Assembly: GCF_009914755.1 (NCBI RefSeq)
Contig: NC_060935.1
Source: the human T2T-CHM13v2.0 reference genome, Homo sapiens
Length of the DNA: 64,000 nt
Strand: one strand, 5' to 3'
Position numbers and translations under genes: made by a program. The notes under the pieces were generated by a model that saw nothing but the letters and a program-made list of their open reading frames with translations, was not told the origin of the DNA and made no database searches. Shown in pieces: positions 13,892 to 25,560 of this stretch (position 1 is its first letter; the number at the start of each line of letters is the position of its first letter).

Positions 13892-16150
13892 TTTTTTTTA
13901 CAGAAAGTTTTTAGTTTTCAATGAACTTGTAAACAAAAAAAGTTCCCATTTCAAAATAAAAACAAAATCCCAGATCATGCAGATGTTTACAGTGATTATG
14001 TTTATCTAAGCAACATGGATACATGTTTAGTTGTAAGATGTTAACTAAATTTCTGTGACAAATATGCTTTTTTAAATAACAAGAATATTATAAAATTAAT
14101 GCAGAGTCCTAAGAATAACCTAGTAGTTACTAAGTTTTTCTTACATCTTCATTTTGGACGCTGTTATTTCTAGCACGAATGAGCAGGCAGAGCCTTTCAT
14201 ATGCTCAAACAATGGAATATTTGGTTGCTATCATATCAATTGGCTTTCAAGCAACAAGACAACCATTTTAAGAATGTTTTAAGTGAAGAACTTGCAAAGC
14301 CCAGGGATGGAAAAATGCTAAGAATGCACAATTGCGAGCACTTACAACCATCACAACTGTGGCTGAAGACTTTATCTCCTTCTTCTTAAATGACATCTCA
14401 AAGTAGTATAGTTCAAAACAAAAGGTTTTAACAAAAAAATTGGCATTTGCCCAATTTCTCCACTAATTTGTGTGAGTCAAACATTTAATTTTTTCACTTG
14501 AAAAAAAATGCAATAGAAAACCGGACATCATGTTTCACTATCTCAGTTAATATTCACGATTACAGCAGCTGCAATTCAGGATGCAGCATTACCAGTGCTG
14601 CCCAGAGTCAGTTCATACTGAAATTAAGTTCCTAACACCAAGTAGTTGGTTGCAACTACCATTGGCTAGTGTACATATGAAATAAAATTTCTAGCAGCAA
14701 CAAATGCGAGATCAAAAGCAACAGATCATCTGCTCTGCTTCTTCTGTTACTCAGCTCGTGCTTAGAAACCAGTGGGGGTTTGGGCCTGCTGACCCTGCCC
14801 ACTGGAAGAGGCTGTCTGCTGCGCTACTTTCAACTTTCACATTGTCCAATAAAATGTTTAGTCGTATTGGTGGTTCAGGGTCCTCGAAAGAATGCGGAAT
14901 AGCTGTCTGAGATACACCTCATCCGGGACTTCCTCAAAGTGTAGCCCGCGATTATAGTTTAAGCACATGGCAAATTCTGCAGGAAACCCCTTACATAAAA
15001 CTTCAACAGGAGTGGGCATCTTCTTTTCACTAATCTTTTCATATTTTTGTTTCTTTGTTGCGGACCTAAGTCCTTGCCATGGCAAGCTGGTTCTGTTAAA
15101 ACACATCAAAACAGCCTAAGGATTCCATATCATCTCTGTGACTCTGCTCGATACCAAGATGTGCATTGATGCTGGCACGTCGGGCAGTGCTAGTGAGATT
15201 TTTATATTACCTGCACAGTATGCGTTGCCTTGTCCTGCTGTTGCTGTATTTTTTGACCAAACCAGAATCAATACGGAATAACTTACTACAGTGGTGTCCA
15301 ATACCTTTAGGGAGTTATCTGGTTTAACGTCTCTATGTATAAAATTGTTTGTATGCACATACTCAATTTTATTGATTGTCTGGTCAGCTAACATAAGCAC
15401 AGTTTTCATTGTGAACCTTCTTGAAGAGAAATTGAAGAGGTCTTCGAGGCTAGGTCCCGGAAGGTCTATGACTGGTACATTGCAGTCTTTTTCCTGATCA
15501 TACCACGGTATGTGGGGGATGCCAAGTCTACCTTGAAGAATCTCACAGAGTTTGCTTTCCTACAGCAACTGGGGATGCCTGGCCTTTTGAGATTCTAGCT
15601 TCACTGCCACTTGCTCGCCATTGGTGATATCGATGGCCAGATAAAGGTCCCAGAAGGAGCCAGACCTGATCTTCCTTACTAGTTTATATTTCCCTCAAAC
15701 AATAAATTCGGCCTTGGATCCGCTGCTGCTCGCCATCCTAAGAGATGAAGACAGAGGCTGAGGCCAAGTCCAGACGCCTCTGAGAGGAGGACGGAGGCCT
15801 CTGGGGCTCCTCCACGGCGGAAGGTGGCAGGAAACGGGACATGGAACACGGAGGCCTCCCTCATATTCGCGGCCCGGAATCAGCTGACGGGGAACCTGAT
15901 CACCGCTGCTCAGTCAGGTTTCTTGTTGCCAGGCTGCGGTTTGTGAAAGGGTTCTTGCAGTTACAAGGCTGGGCCACTTGTTTCTGGGCGGCGCCACTGC
16001 CTTGCTGTCTCAGCTATGTGCAGGCTGGAAAAAGGGGTGCGGTGAGCTAGAGCAGGGATACCATTGCCACCACTGCCAGCAGCTCCAGCCCGGAAGGACC
16101 CCTGTCCCTCTGCCGACGCTGCCGTCTTGTTACTCCAGCTACAGCCCAAT
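13892..16150 (-). pseudogene. CSNK1A1P2: Processed pseudogene of casein kinase 1 alpha (CSNK1A1), with 5'UTR, disrupted CDS (15736-14762), 3'UTR and poly(A) remnant
   Basis: Intronless [22 protein letters not shown]...IHRDVKPDN...LPWQGL...[13 protein letters not shown]...QAQTPTGF*; stops at 15697-15695 and 15562-15560, frameshifts; T8 at 13892-13899. P2 number from recalled locus annotation; 5' boundary approximate. Confidence 0.9.
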
Positions 16151-16488
16151 AGTTTCACTCTGAATTTTCTTAGCGCATTACACTTTCTTAAAGCCCTTTT
16201 CATATTTTCCTTATCTTCACCTCATTCTCTTAATGGAAGGTGATTTGTTGAAAAAAGGCTGATGTTTTCATTGTGTCCCTGCCCATTCTCCAAGGTTTAC
16301 CAGTTGCTTTGTAGAAACTTGCTCAACAGGGGAAATGTTAGGTTACATGCAATAGAATAGAAAAAGTGGCACTTAGTACTTTTGAGGGTAAGTGTCCCTT
16401 TAAGGGTAAGTGTCCCTTCTTTCAGTAAGAGTTCTTTCGCTTTGCAAGTCTGAGGGAAATCCTAGTGACTATGTATGCTGAAGTGGTT

Positions 16489-16855
16489 TGATACGGTTTT
16501 GCTGTGTCCCCACCCAAATCTCATCTTGAATTGTAGGTCCCATAATTCTCACATGTCTTGGGAGTGGTCCCGTGGGAAGTAATTAAATCATGGGGACGGG
16601 TCTTTTCCCGTGCTATTCTTGTGATAGTGAATAAGTCTCACAAGATGTGATGGTTTTCAAAAGGGGGAGTTCCCCTGCACATGCTCTCTTACCTAGTACC
16701 ATGTAAGACCCTGACTTTGCTCCTCATTCGCCTTCTGCCAGGATTGCGAGGCCTCCCCAGCCATGTGGAACTATGAATCAATTAAATCTCTTTCCTTTTT
16801 AAATTACCTGGTCTCAGGTATGTCTTTATTAGCAGCGTGAGAACAGACTAATACA
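16489..16855 (+). mobile_element. THE1 (ERVL-MaLR) solo LTR
   Basis: TGATACGGTTTTGCTGTGTCCCCACCCAAATCTC...GACTAATACA; perfect 5-bp TSD TGGTT (16484-16488, 16856-16860). Confidence 0.92.
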
Positions 16856-19599
16856 TGGTTAAACCCAAGAAACCACAGTGAACTCTCAAAGAAAATATAT
16901 TTATCAGACTGTCTCAGTATATGTGGACCACATGTTAGTTAAGTATCCCCTAGACTTTTGTATGAACAAATTGAAAGCAAGTAGACTGAACTCACTCCCA
17001 CTTAGTAAGCACGTCTGATCTACAAGGCTAGAAATTGCAAAAATAATCAGACACGAATTTAGCTCTTAGAAGTTAATTTGCTCATGAAATGGATGCAGCC
17101 TAATTATTGCATAAATTATTATTTCTTCAAGTAGCTGTTAAAATCTTAGGTGTAATTCCTATTATGCCAATGAATATTTATGTGGTATATATCTCCAAAA
17201 ATATTATGAAAGACAGGGAAAATAAGATTCAAAATGCAAGTGTGTGCTTTCTAGGCAATTTATCCAGAAATACAAATTTAATCAAAGTCCTTTTTTACTA
17301 TTCTTTAAGTTCTGGCACTTCTTACTACTGATAATAGATCTTGTCACATTGGCATAACTAATATCTGTTGGGCATTCTTGGAGAGGTAAGTGGAGAGGGA
17401 CTTAAAGGATTTGTGTGGTTAGACAGCTGTCTGGACTATTTCAATAAGCCCTGCCTGCGAGGGTCCTTTGTTGGGTCTTGGGGAGCTGATAAAAGTGAAT
17501 GATTCTTAAGCCATTTTATACACCAAAACATGAGTAGGTATTTGTTGGGATTTGGCTTAAGACTGAGGACATGCAACTATTCAGTTTCAGAATCACATAC
17601 TGCATTGTGGAGAATTTTGGAGATTCGTTCTATTTCAGAAAGGAGACCAAATTACCTACTCTCCAAATCGTCTCATAAAAAAATTTAATCCTAGAGATCA
17701 ATTGAAAAGGAAATCAACTTCTGCTTCCCTGTTTCATATTAGTGGTCCTTGAAGTTAGGGTAATATAAATGTATTATTTCCCATTTAAATCACATGCAAT
17801 GAAAAGAGTTTCTGACACAGAATAGCAGAATACATGCTAAATAAGAGTTAGATTTATTATTTTTATTTTTGTGTGTGCTTTCTCAACTAAATTCAATTTC
17901 AGGTAAAATGCAGAGATAGCCTCAGCCTATCACCCTGCAACTAGACTCTGTGCGTTCTGCAGTGAAGCTGATAAAAGACAGTGCCCTATCTTTAGGCACA
18001 GCCTAGTTCTCCTCTGCGGTCTTGGGAAAGAAAACTAGGTTTCCAGGCCACACAGCTTTCAAAAGTAGAATGCCTGTGGTGGTGTAGAAGAATGTATATA
18101 GATAGAATGCATGGGACAAAATAGTTTTTATAGAAATCTTCTCTGAGGATTATAGCCAGAACCCCTCAGAAAACTCTATCTTAAAAGCTACACAACTAGA
18201 GCTTCTGTTTGTTTTCTTCCATGGCTTTAAGGCTCAGCTTGAGGTCATAAGCCCCCATCAGGTCCCCCAGTGTCTTCTGTTACTGAGCTCTTCTAGCGCC
18301 CTGCTGTCTACGTTGTAAGAGCAAATCTACATACTATTTACATGGAAGGTTAGCGCAGTCTTTCTATAAAAAGGTACCAGTGCATGTTACATATTTTACC
18401 TACACACACTTGGATCTTTATGACTCAATATCTGTAAATATACCCGTCTATGTAACTATACATACATAGGTGTATTTAACACAGTCCCAGCAAAATAATA
18501 TATACATATAATTCTATAGACAGAGTATGTCATAGGATAATATATTGAGATATAAAATTATATTTTCCTCTATATTTTTCCCTGACTTTGCCAAGAACTG
18601 TGTATCTCCTAGTCTCAGAGGTGTCTTCAGGACTTCAGTTGAAACCTACATGAAGGCAATATCTCTTTCCAACTTTTGGAAAAGCCTGAGCTCATAGGAA
18701 GAGGTTGTCAGATGTCTTCAACTAAGAGGGGAAAGGAAAAAGGTTTCAGGGAGGCATGAGAGAGGGAGAGGTTTCCTTAAACTGGAAAGAGACATCTGGG
18801 CTGTTTCCACCAGGCATAAAGACCCATGCTCTACTTCTAGGTCCCTGGAAACTCCTGGGGTAGTTGTGAGGTGGGCCTAGGGAGGCAGGATCCCGCAGAT
18901 CTGGATCCTTAAGAGTGTGTGAGTGAGGAAAAATGGAAACTCATACGTTGTCTTCTCCAAAACTCCAGTAGGTGGCAGAATGGAAATTTAAACCCAGGGC
19001 TCATTCCAAAGTCAATGCACGTTCCAATCTCAGTGCTTTTTAGATGTAGTAAGTGAAGATAGTTATCTCGTATGTGGAAGGGGGATGTGTAGGGGATGTA
19101 TATTTCAAGTATTCTCCAAAGGATGTGATAGACAAAGTGCAGAATTTGGAATTAAATGATACAGGTTTGAATCACAGCAGAGCAATCTTGGGTGTTATCT
19201 GCAAAAAGGAAATAATAATGCTTACACCATTTATTTATGATGTAATTGAACTGATAAGTACTTTGCAAATTGAATGACTACATATGTTGTTTTTACTACC
19301 TTCTGACCTTTAAGACTGTTTCCCATGATCAGGTACTACACAGCAATAAAAGGTAAACAGGAATTCACAGACAGGTAACTCATTTCCTTAGTCTATGGCA
19401 TTTTCTTGAACTAAAAAAAGAAATTTGTCTCTAGAATATTAATCAAAATACTACCTGTATACATGTATTACAAATTCTATATACTCCCATTCACTAGTAC
19501 TCCAAGCAGCTTGATTACAAATGTTGAATTACCAGATGTACACAGAAACAGAATATAGAACTGGAAACAGCATTCTTGTGTGAAAAAAAAACCTGATTT

Positions 19600-19810
19600 T
19601 TGTATAAGGCAGATTTGGATTCAAAAACTGAGTTTGCAACTTTTGAGACTTACATTCTTGGGTATGTTAACCTCTCTAATACTGTTTTCTCACCTATACA
19701 GTGGAAATAATAACATTAATATCCAGCATGACAGTTTTGAGGATAATTAAATCCCCACATGCAACGTACATCATGCTTGTCACATAATAGCAGCTCAATA
19801 AATATTAATT
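19600..19810 (+). mobile_element. MIR fragment
   Basis: TTAACCTCTCT...TTTTCTCACCTATACAGTGGAAATAATAAC...GCTCAATAAATATT. Confidence 0.5.
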
Positions 19811-21590
19811 TCTCTTAGAGTGGAAAGACACCTAAAATCACCTACTTTATTACTCTTACATTGCAGATGAGGAAATTGAGCCCCTAAATTTTCATTTGTT
19901 TTTATTTCATTGGGAGCAAAACTTTTGGAACTATGGCTCAAGTGTCTTGATTAGAATATTTCAACACACTAAATATTTATACTAAATGATTTTCTAGGAT
20001 GCAAATTAAGTATGATTCTTGAGGAAATTGTTATAATGCAATGAGGTAAAACAAGTCCATTGGAATATAATTTTCCGTTAAATGTACATCATGAAGCAAC
20101 ACAATGAGTTACCTTCCTTAATAATTTTGGAATCTTGCCTGAGAGGCAGCCATATGATAAAGTGTCATATTATCATCATCACTTTCATTGGCATGAGCTA
20201 AATGTGATTCTAAGAATAAATGCAAAGGCAGCAGATTCCTTAGTTGCATAAATCATGGCCAGGAAGTCATGCATCATAATTCCCACCTTTAGTTTTATCT
20301 TAGGAAAGTGAAAATGTTCCCTTAATCATGAGGATTCTTGATGAATATAGTTATATTAAGAATCAGCTTCCTGTTACGCTGTGATCTGTCACTTACGAGG
20401 ACCATACCCCAGGGTGGAATCTTCCCCAGAGCAGCTCTTTTTTCTACTGACCTACAGGGATTATGTGACTTATGTGGATCCTCACGTACCTCTCTTTGGT
20501 AAATTCTTGAAAGGCCAGGGTGTTTATAGCCATATATTTTTTGCCCCTTTATGAAGCACCTTTAATCTATTTCAGAAATGCTTCAGATATTTACTTTTTG
20601 TGCAAGGTAAATTAGCCAAGTATGTTAACAGTTTAATTTTTTGTTGATAGCCTGGCTACTTTCAAAATAGATTTGCTGCTGCAGCTGAATAATTATTCAC
20701 TGACTGAATTAATTGATTAATGGGCTTTGAGGATAATTTTCACAATTGTTACATTTATTTAAAGAAATTTAATGTTCATAATTAGAAAATTACTTCATAT
20801 TCTTCCCTCTACACTATAACTCAGAAAAGACCATCTTTCCTACTGTAGTCAAACCCTGTAATTTCCTAGATATGACATGTTCTCTCATATCTTAATGCCA
20901 TTGCCTATGCTCTTCCTTTCCTCTTCACACTTGGCCTGATAGACTCCTACTACTTCTTCACACCCAGGATCAAGCATTGCTGCCTTGCCAAACTTATTCA
21001 TTCATTCAACAAAAGTTTAATGAGCATCGACTAAGTCAGGGGCTTGATGCTGGGCATCGTCCAATGTGCCCATGTGGGATGCATTCAAGTGGACAGCTGC
21101 AGTGGGCTGTGTGTGAATGGACGCACATAAGAGGAGGAATGAACACAGCCAGTAGGCAGAGTTGGCAAGGTCTCAGAATGTCCCCAAAGATGGTAACCCC
21201 TGAGCTGGGTCTTCAAGTGCAAGACAAATAGGAGAACAGTGTGATCATTTTCATCAGGAACCATTTGATTGGAAGGCAATCCTTCCATTCGGTTGGAATG
21301 CCAAACTGAATTAAAGGGAGGATTATTTTAAAGAACCAGAGGAATCTGATGGAATCCATTAATGAGAAGCACTTTGAAGGGAGGCACTGGGCAAGTGGAG
21401 TTAGATTTCTTAGAACCCTCCACCAGCTTTCCTCACTGGTCTTTAACTCATTTCTCACCACTCAGAACACTATCATTCCTGTTACCATCTGGGTGGGGCA
21501 GAGCATTCAACTGTTGCAATTCAGCCAGGTACATGACTAATTTCTAGACACATCTTGGGTAGTCTGAACGTGAATAACAGATTGTAGGCC

Positions 21591-21710
21591 TTCTTTTCTT
21601 TTCTCTTTTCTTTTCCCTCCCTCCCTCTCTCTTTCTCTCTTTCTTTCTTTCTCTCTTTCTTCTTTCCTTCTTTCTTTCCTCCCTTCCTTCCTTCCTTCTT
21701 TCTACCTTTC
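21591..21710. repeat. TC-rich simple repeat (degenerated L1 poly(A) tail)
   Basis: (TTTC/TTCC)n run directly abutting the L1 3' end and the left TSD. Confidence 0.85.
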
Positions 21711-24700
21711 TAATTATACTTTAAGTTCTAAGATACATGTGCAGAACATGCAGGTTTGTTACATAGGTATACATGTGCCATGGTGGTTTGCTGTACCCAT
21801 CAACCCGTCATCTACATTAGATATTTCTCCTAATGTTATCCCTTCCCTTGCCCCCAACTCCCCGACAGGCCCTGGTGTGTGATGTCCCCCTCCCTGTGCC
21901 GATATGTTCTCATTGTTCAATTCCCACTTATGAATGAGAGCATGAGGTGTTTGGTTTTCTGTTCCTGTGTTAGTCTATGGAAAATGGTGGTTTCCAGCTT
22001 CATTCATATGCCTGCAAAGGACATGAACTCATTCTTTTTTATGACTGCATAGTATTCCGTGGTGTATATGTGTCACATTTTCTTTATCTAGTCTATCATT
22101 GATGGGCATTTGGGTTGGTTCCAAGTCTTTGCTATTGTGAATGTGCTGCAATATACATACGTGTACATGTGTCTTTATAGCAGAATGATTTATAATCCTT
22201 TGGGTATATACCCAGCAATGGGATTGCTGGGTCAAATGGTATTTCTGGTTCTGGAACCCTGAGGAATCGCCACACTGTCTTCCACAATGGTTGAACTAAT
22301 TTACACTCCCACCAACCGTGTAAAAGTGTTCCTATTTCTCCACATCCTCTTCAGCATCTGTTGTTTCCTGACTTTGTAATGATTGCCATTCTAACTGGTG
22401 TGAAATGGTATCTCATTGTGGTTTTGATTTGCATTTCTGTAATGACCAATGATGACGAGCTTTTTTTCATATGTTTATTGGCCACATAAATGTCTTCTTT
22501 TGAGAAATGTCTATTCATATCCTTTGCCCACTTTTTGATGGTTTTTTTTTTTCTTGTAAATTTAAGTTCCTTGTAGATGCTGGATATTAGCCCTTTGTCA
22601 GATGGATAGACTGCAAAAACTTTCTCCCATTCTGTAGGTTGCCTGTTCACTCTAATGATAGTTTCTTTAGCTGTGCAGAAGCGCTTTAGTTTAATTAGAT
22701 CCTGTTTGTCAATTTTGGCTTCTGTTGCCATTGCTTTTGGTGTTTTAGTCATGAAGTCTTTGTCCATGCCTGTGTCCTGAATGGTATTGCCTAGATTTTC
22801 TTCTAGGGTTTTTTATGGTTTTAGGTCTTTTATTTAAGGCTTTAATCCATCTTGAGTTAATTTTTGTATAAGGTGAAGGAAGGGGTCTAGTTTCAGTTTT
22901 CTGCATATGGCTAGCCAGTTTTCCCAACATCATTTATTAAATAGGGAATTCTTTCCCCATTGCTTGTTTTTGTCAGGTTTGTCAAAGATCAGATGGTTGT
23001 AGATGTGTGATGTTACTTCTGAGGCCTCTGTTCTGTTCCATTGGTCTATATATCTGTTTTGGTATCAGTACCAAGCTGTTTTGGTTACTGTAACCTTGTA
23101 GTATAGTTTGAAGTCAGGTAACGTGATTCCTCTAGCTTTGTTCTTTTTGCTTAGGATTGTCTTGGCTATTTTTGGTTCCATATGAAATTTAAAGTAGTTT
23201 TTTTCTAATTCTGTTAAGAAAGTCAATGGTAGCTTGATGGGGATGGCATTGAATCTATATATTACTTTGGTCAGTATGGCCATTTTCGTGATATTGATTC
23301 TTCTTATCCATGAGCATGGAATGTTTTTTCATTTGTTTGTGTCCTCTCATTTCCTTGAGCAGTGGTTTGTAGTTCTCCTTGAAGAGGTCCTTCATATCCC
23401 TTGTAAGTTGGATTCCTAGGTATTTTATTCTCTTTGTAGCAATTGTGAACGGGTGTTCACTCATGATTTGGCTCTCTGTTTGTCTATTATTGGTGTATAG
23501 GAATGCTCCTGATTTTTGCACATTGATTTTGTATCCTGAAACTTTGCTGAAGTTTCTTATCAGCTTAAGGAGTTTTTGGGCTGAGATGATGGGTTTTCTA
23601 AATACACAATCACGTCATCTGCAAACAGACAATTTGACTTCCTCTCTTCCTATTTGAATATGCTTTATTTCTTTCTCTTGCATGATTGCCCTGCTATCTT
23701 TCAATATTGCCCTGCAATAACTTTCAACACTATGTTGAATAGGAGTGGTGAGAGAGTGTATCCTTTGTCTTGTGCTGGTTTTCAAAGGGAATGCTTCCAG
23801 CTTTTGCCCATTCAGTATTATATTGGCTGTGGGTTTGTCATAAATAGCTCTCATTATTTTGAGATACGTTCCATCAATACCTACTTTATTTAGTGTTTTT
23901 AGCATGAAAGAGTGTTGAATTTTATCAAAAGTCTTCTCTGCATCTATTGAAATAATCATGTGGTTTTTGCCATTGGTTCTGTTTATGTGATGGATTACAT
24001 TTATTGATTTGCGTATGTTGAACCAGCCTTGCATCCCAGGGATGAAGCTGACTTGATCATTGTGGATAAGGTTTTTAATGTGCTGCTGGATTTGGTTTGC
24101 CAGTATTTTATTGAGGATTTTCGCATCGATGTTCATCATGGATATTAGCCTAAAATTTTCTTTTTTTGTTGTGTCTCTGCCAGGTTTTGGTATCAGAGTG
24201 ATGCTGGTCTCACAAAATGAGTTAGGGAGGAGTCCCTCCTTTTCTATTGGAATAGTTTCAGAAGGAATGGTACCAGCTCCTTTTTGTACCTCTGGTAGAA
24301 TCCGGCTGTGAATTTGTCTGATCCTGGGCTTTTTATGGTTGGTAGGCTATTAATTACTGCCTCAATTTCAGAGCTTGTTATTGGTCTATTCAGGGATTCG
24401 ACTTCTTCCTGGTTTAGTCTTGGGCGGGTGTATATGTCCAGGAATGTATCCATTTCTTCTAGATTTTCTAGTTTATTTGCATAGAGGTATTTATACTATT
24501 CTCTGATGGTAGTTTGCATTCCTGTGGGATCAGTGGTATTCTCCCTTTATCATTTTTTATTGTGCCTATTTGATTCTTCTCTTTTCTTCTTTATTAGTCT
24601 TGCTAGTCGTCGATCTCTTTTGTTAATCTTTTCAAAAAACCAGCTCCTGGATTCTTTGATTTTTTGAAGGGTTTTTTTGTGTCTCTATCTCCTGCAGGTC

Positions 24701-25517
24701 TGCTCTAATCTTAGTTATTTACTGTCTTCTGCTAACTTTTGAATTTTTTGCTCTTGCTTCTCTAGCTCTTTTAATTGAGATGTTAGGGTGTCGATTTTAG
24801 ATCTTCCTGGTTTTCTCGTGTGGGCACTTAGTGCTATAAATTTCCCTCTTAACACTGCTTTAGCTGTGCCCCAGAGATTCTGGTACATTGTGTCTTTTTT
24901 TCTCATTCGTTTCAAAGAACTTATTTATTCCTACCTTAATTTCGTTATTTACCCAGTAGTCATTTAGGAACAGGTTGTTCAGTTTCCATGTAGTTGTTTG
25001 GCTTTGAGTGAGTTTCTTAATCCTGAATCCTAATTTGATTGCACTGTGGTCTGAGAGACTGTTTTTTATTATTTCCATTATTTTGCATTTGCTGAGGAGG
25101 GTTTTACTTTGAATTATGTGGTCAATTTTAGAAAAAGTGCTATGTGGTGCTGAGAAGAATGTATATTCTGTTGATTTGGGGTGGAAAGTTCTGTATATGT
25201 CTATTAGGTCCACTTGGTCCAGAGCTGAGTTCAAGTCCTGAATATCCTTGTTAATTTTCTGTCTCCTTGATCTAATGTTGACAGTGGGCTGTTAAATTTT
25301 CCTGCTATTATTGTGTGGGAGTCTAAGTCTCTTTGTAGGTCTCTAAGAAGTTGCTTTATGAATCTGGGTGCTCCTGTTTTGGCTGCATATATATTTAGGA
25401 TAGTTAGTTCTTCATGTTGTATTGATACCTTTACCATTATGTAATGCCCTTGTTTGTCTTTTTTGATCTTTGTTAGTATAAAGTCTGTTTTATCAGAGAC
25501 TAGGATTGCAACCCCTG

Positions 25518-25560
<43 letters not shown>

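Noticed and set aside
16385-16418. 18-bp tandem duplication AGGGTAAGTGTCCCTT(TA)
   Set aside because: Ordinary slippage duplication with no evidence of function
18887-18910. Short inverted repeat AGGATCC...GGATCCT
   Set aside because: A 7-bp stem is expected by chance in 64 kb; no supporting context
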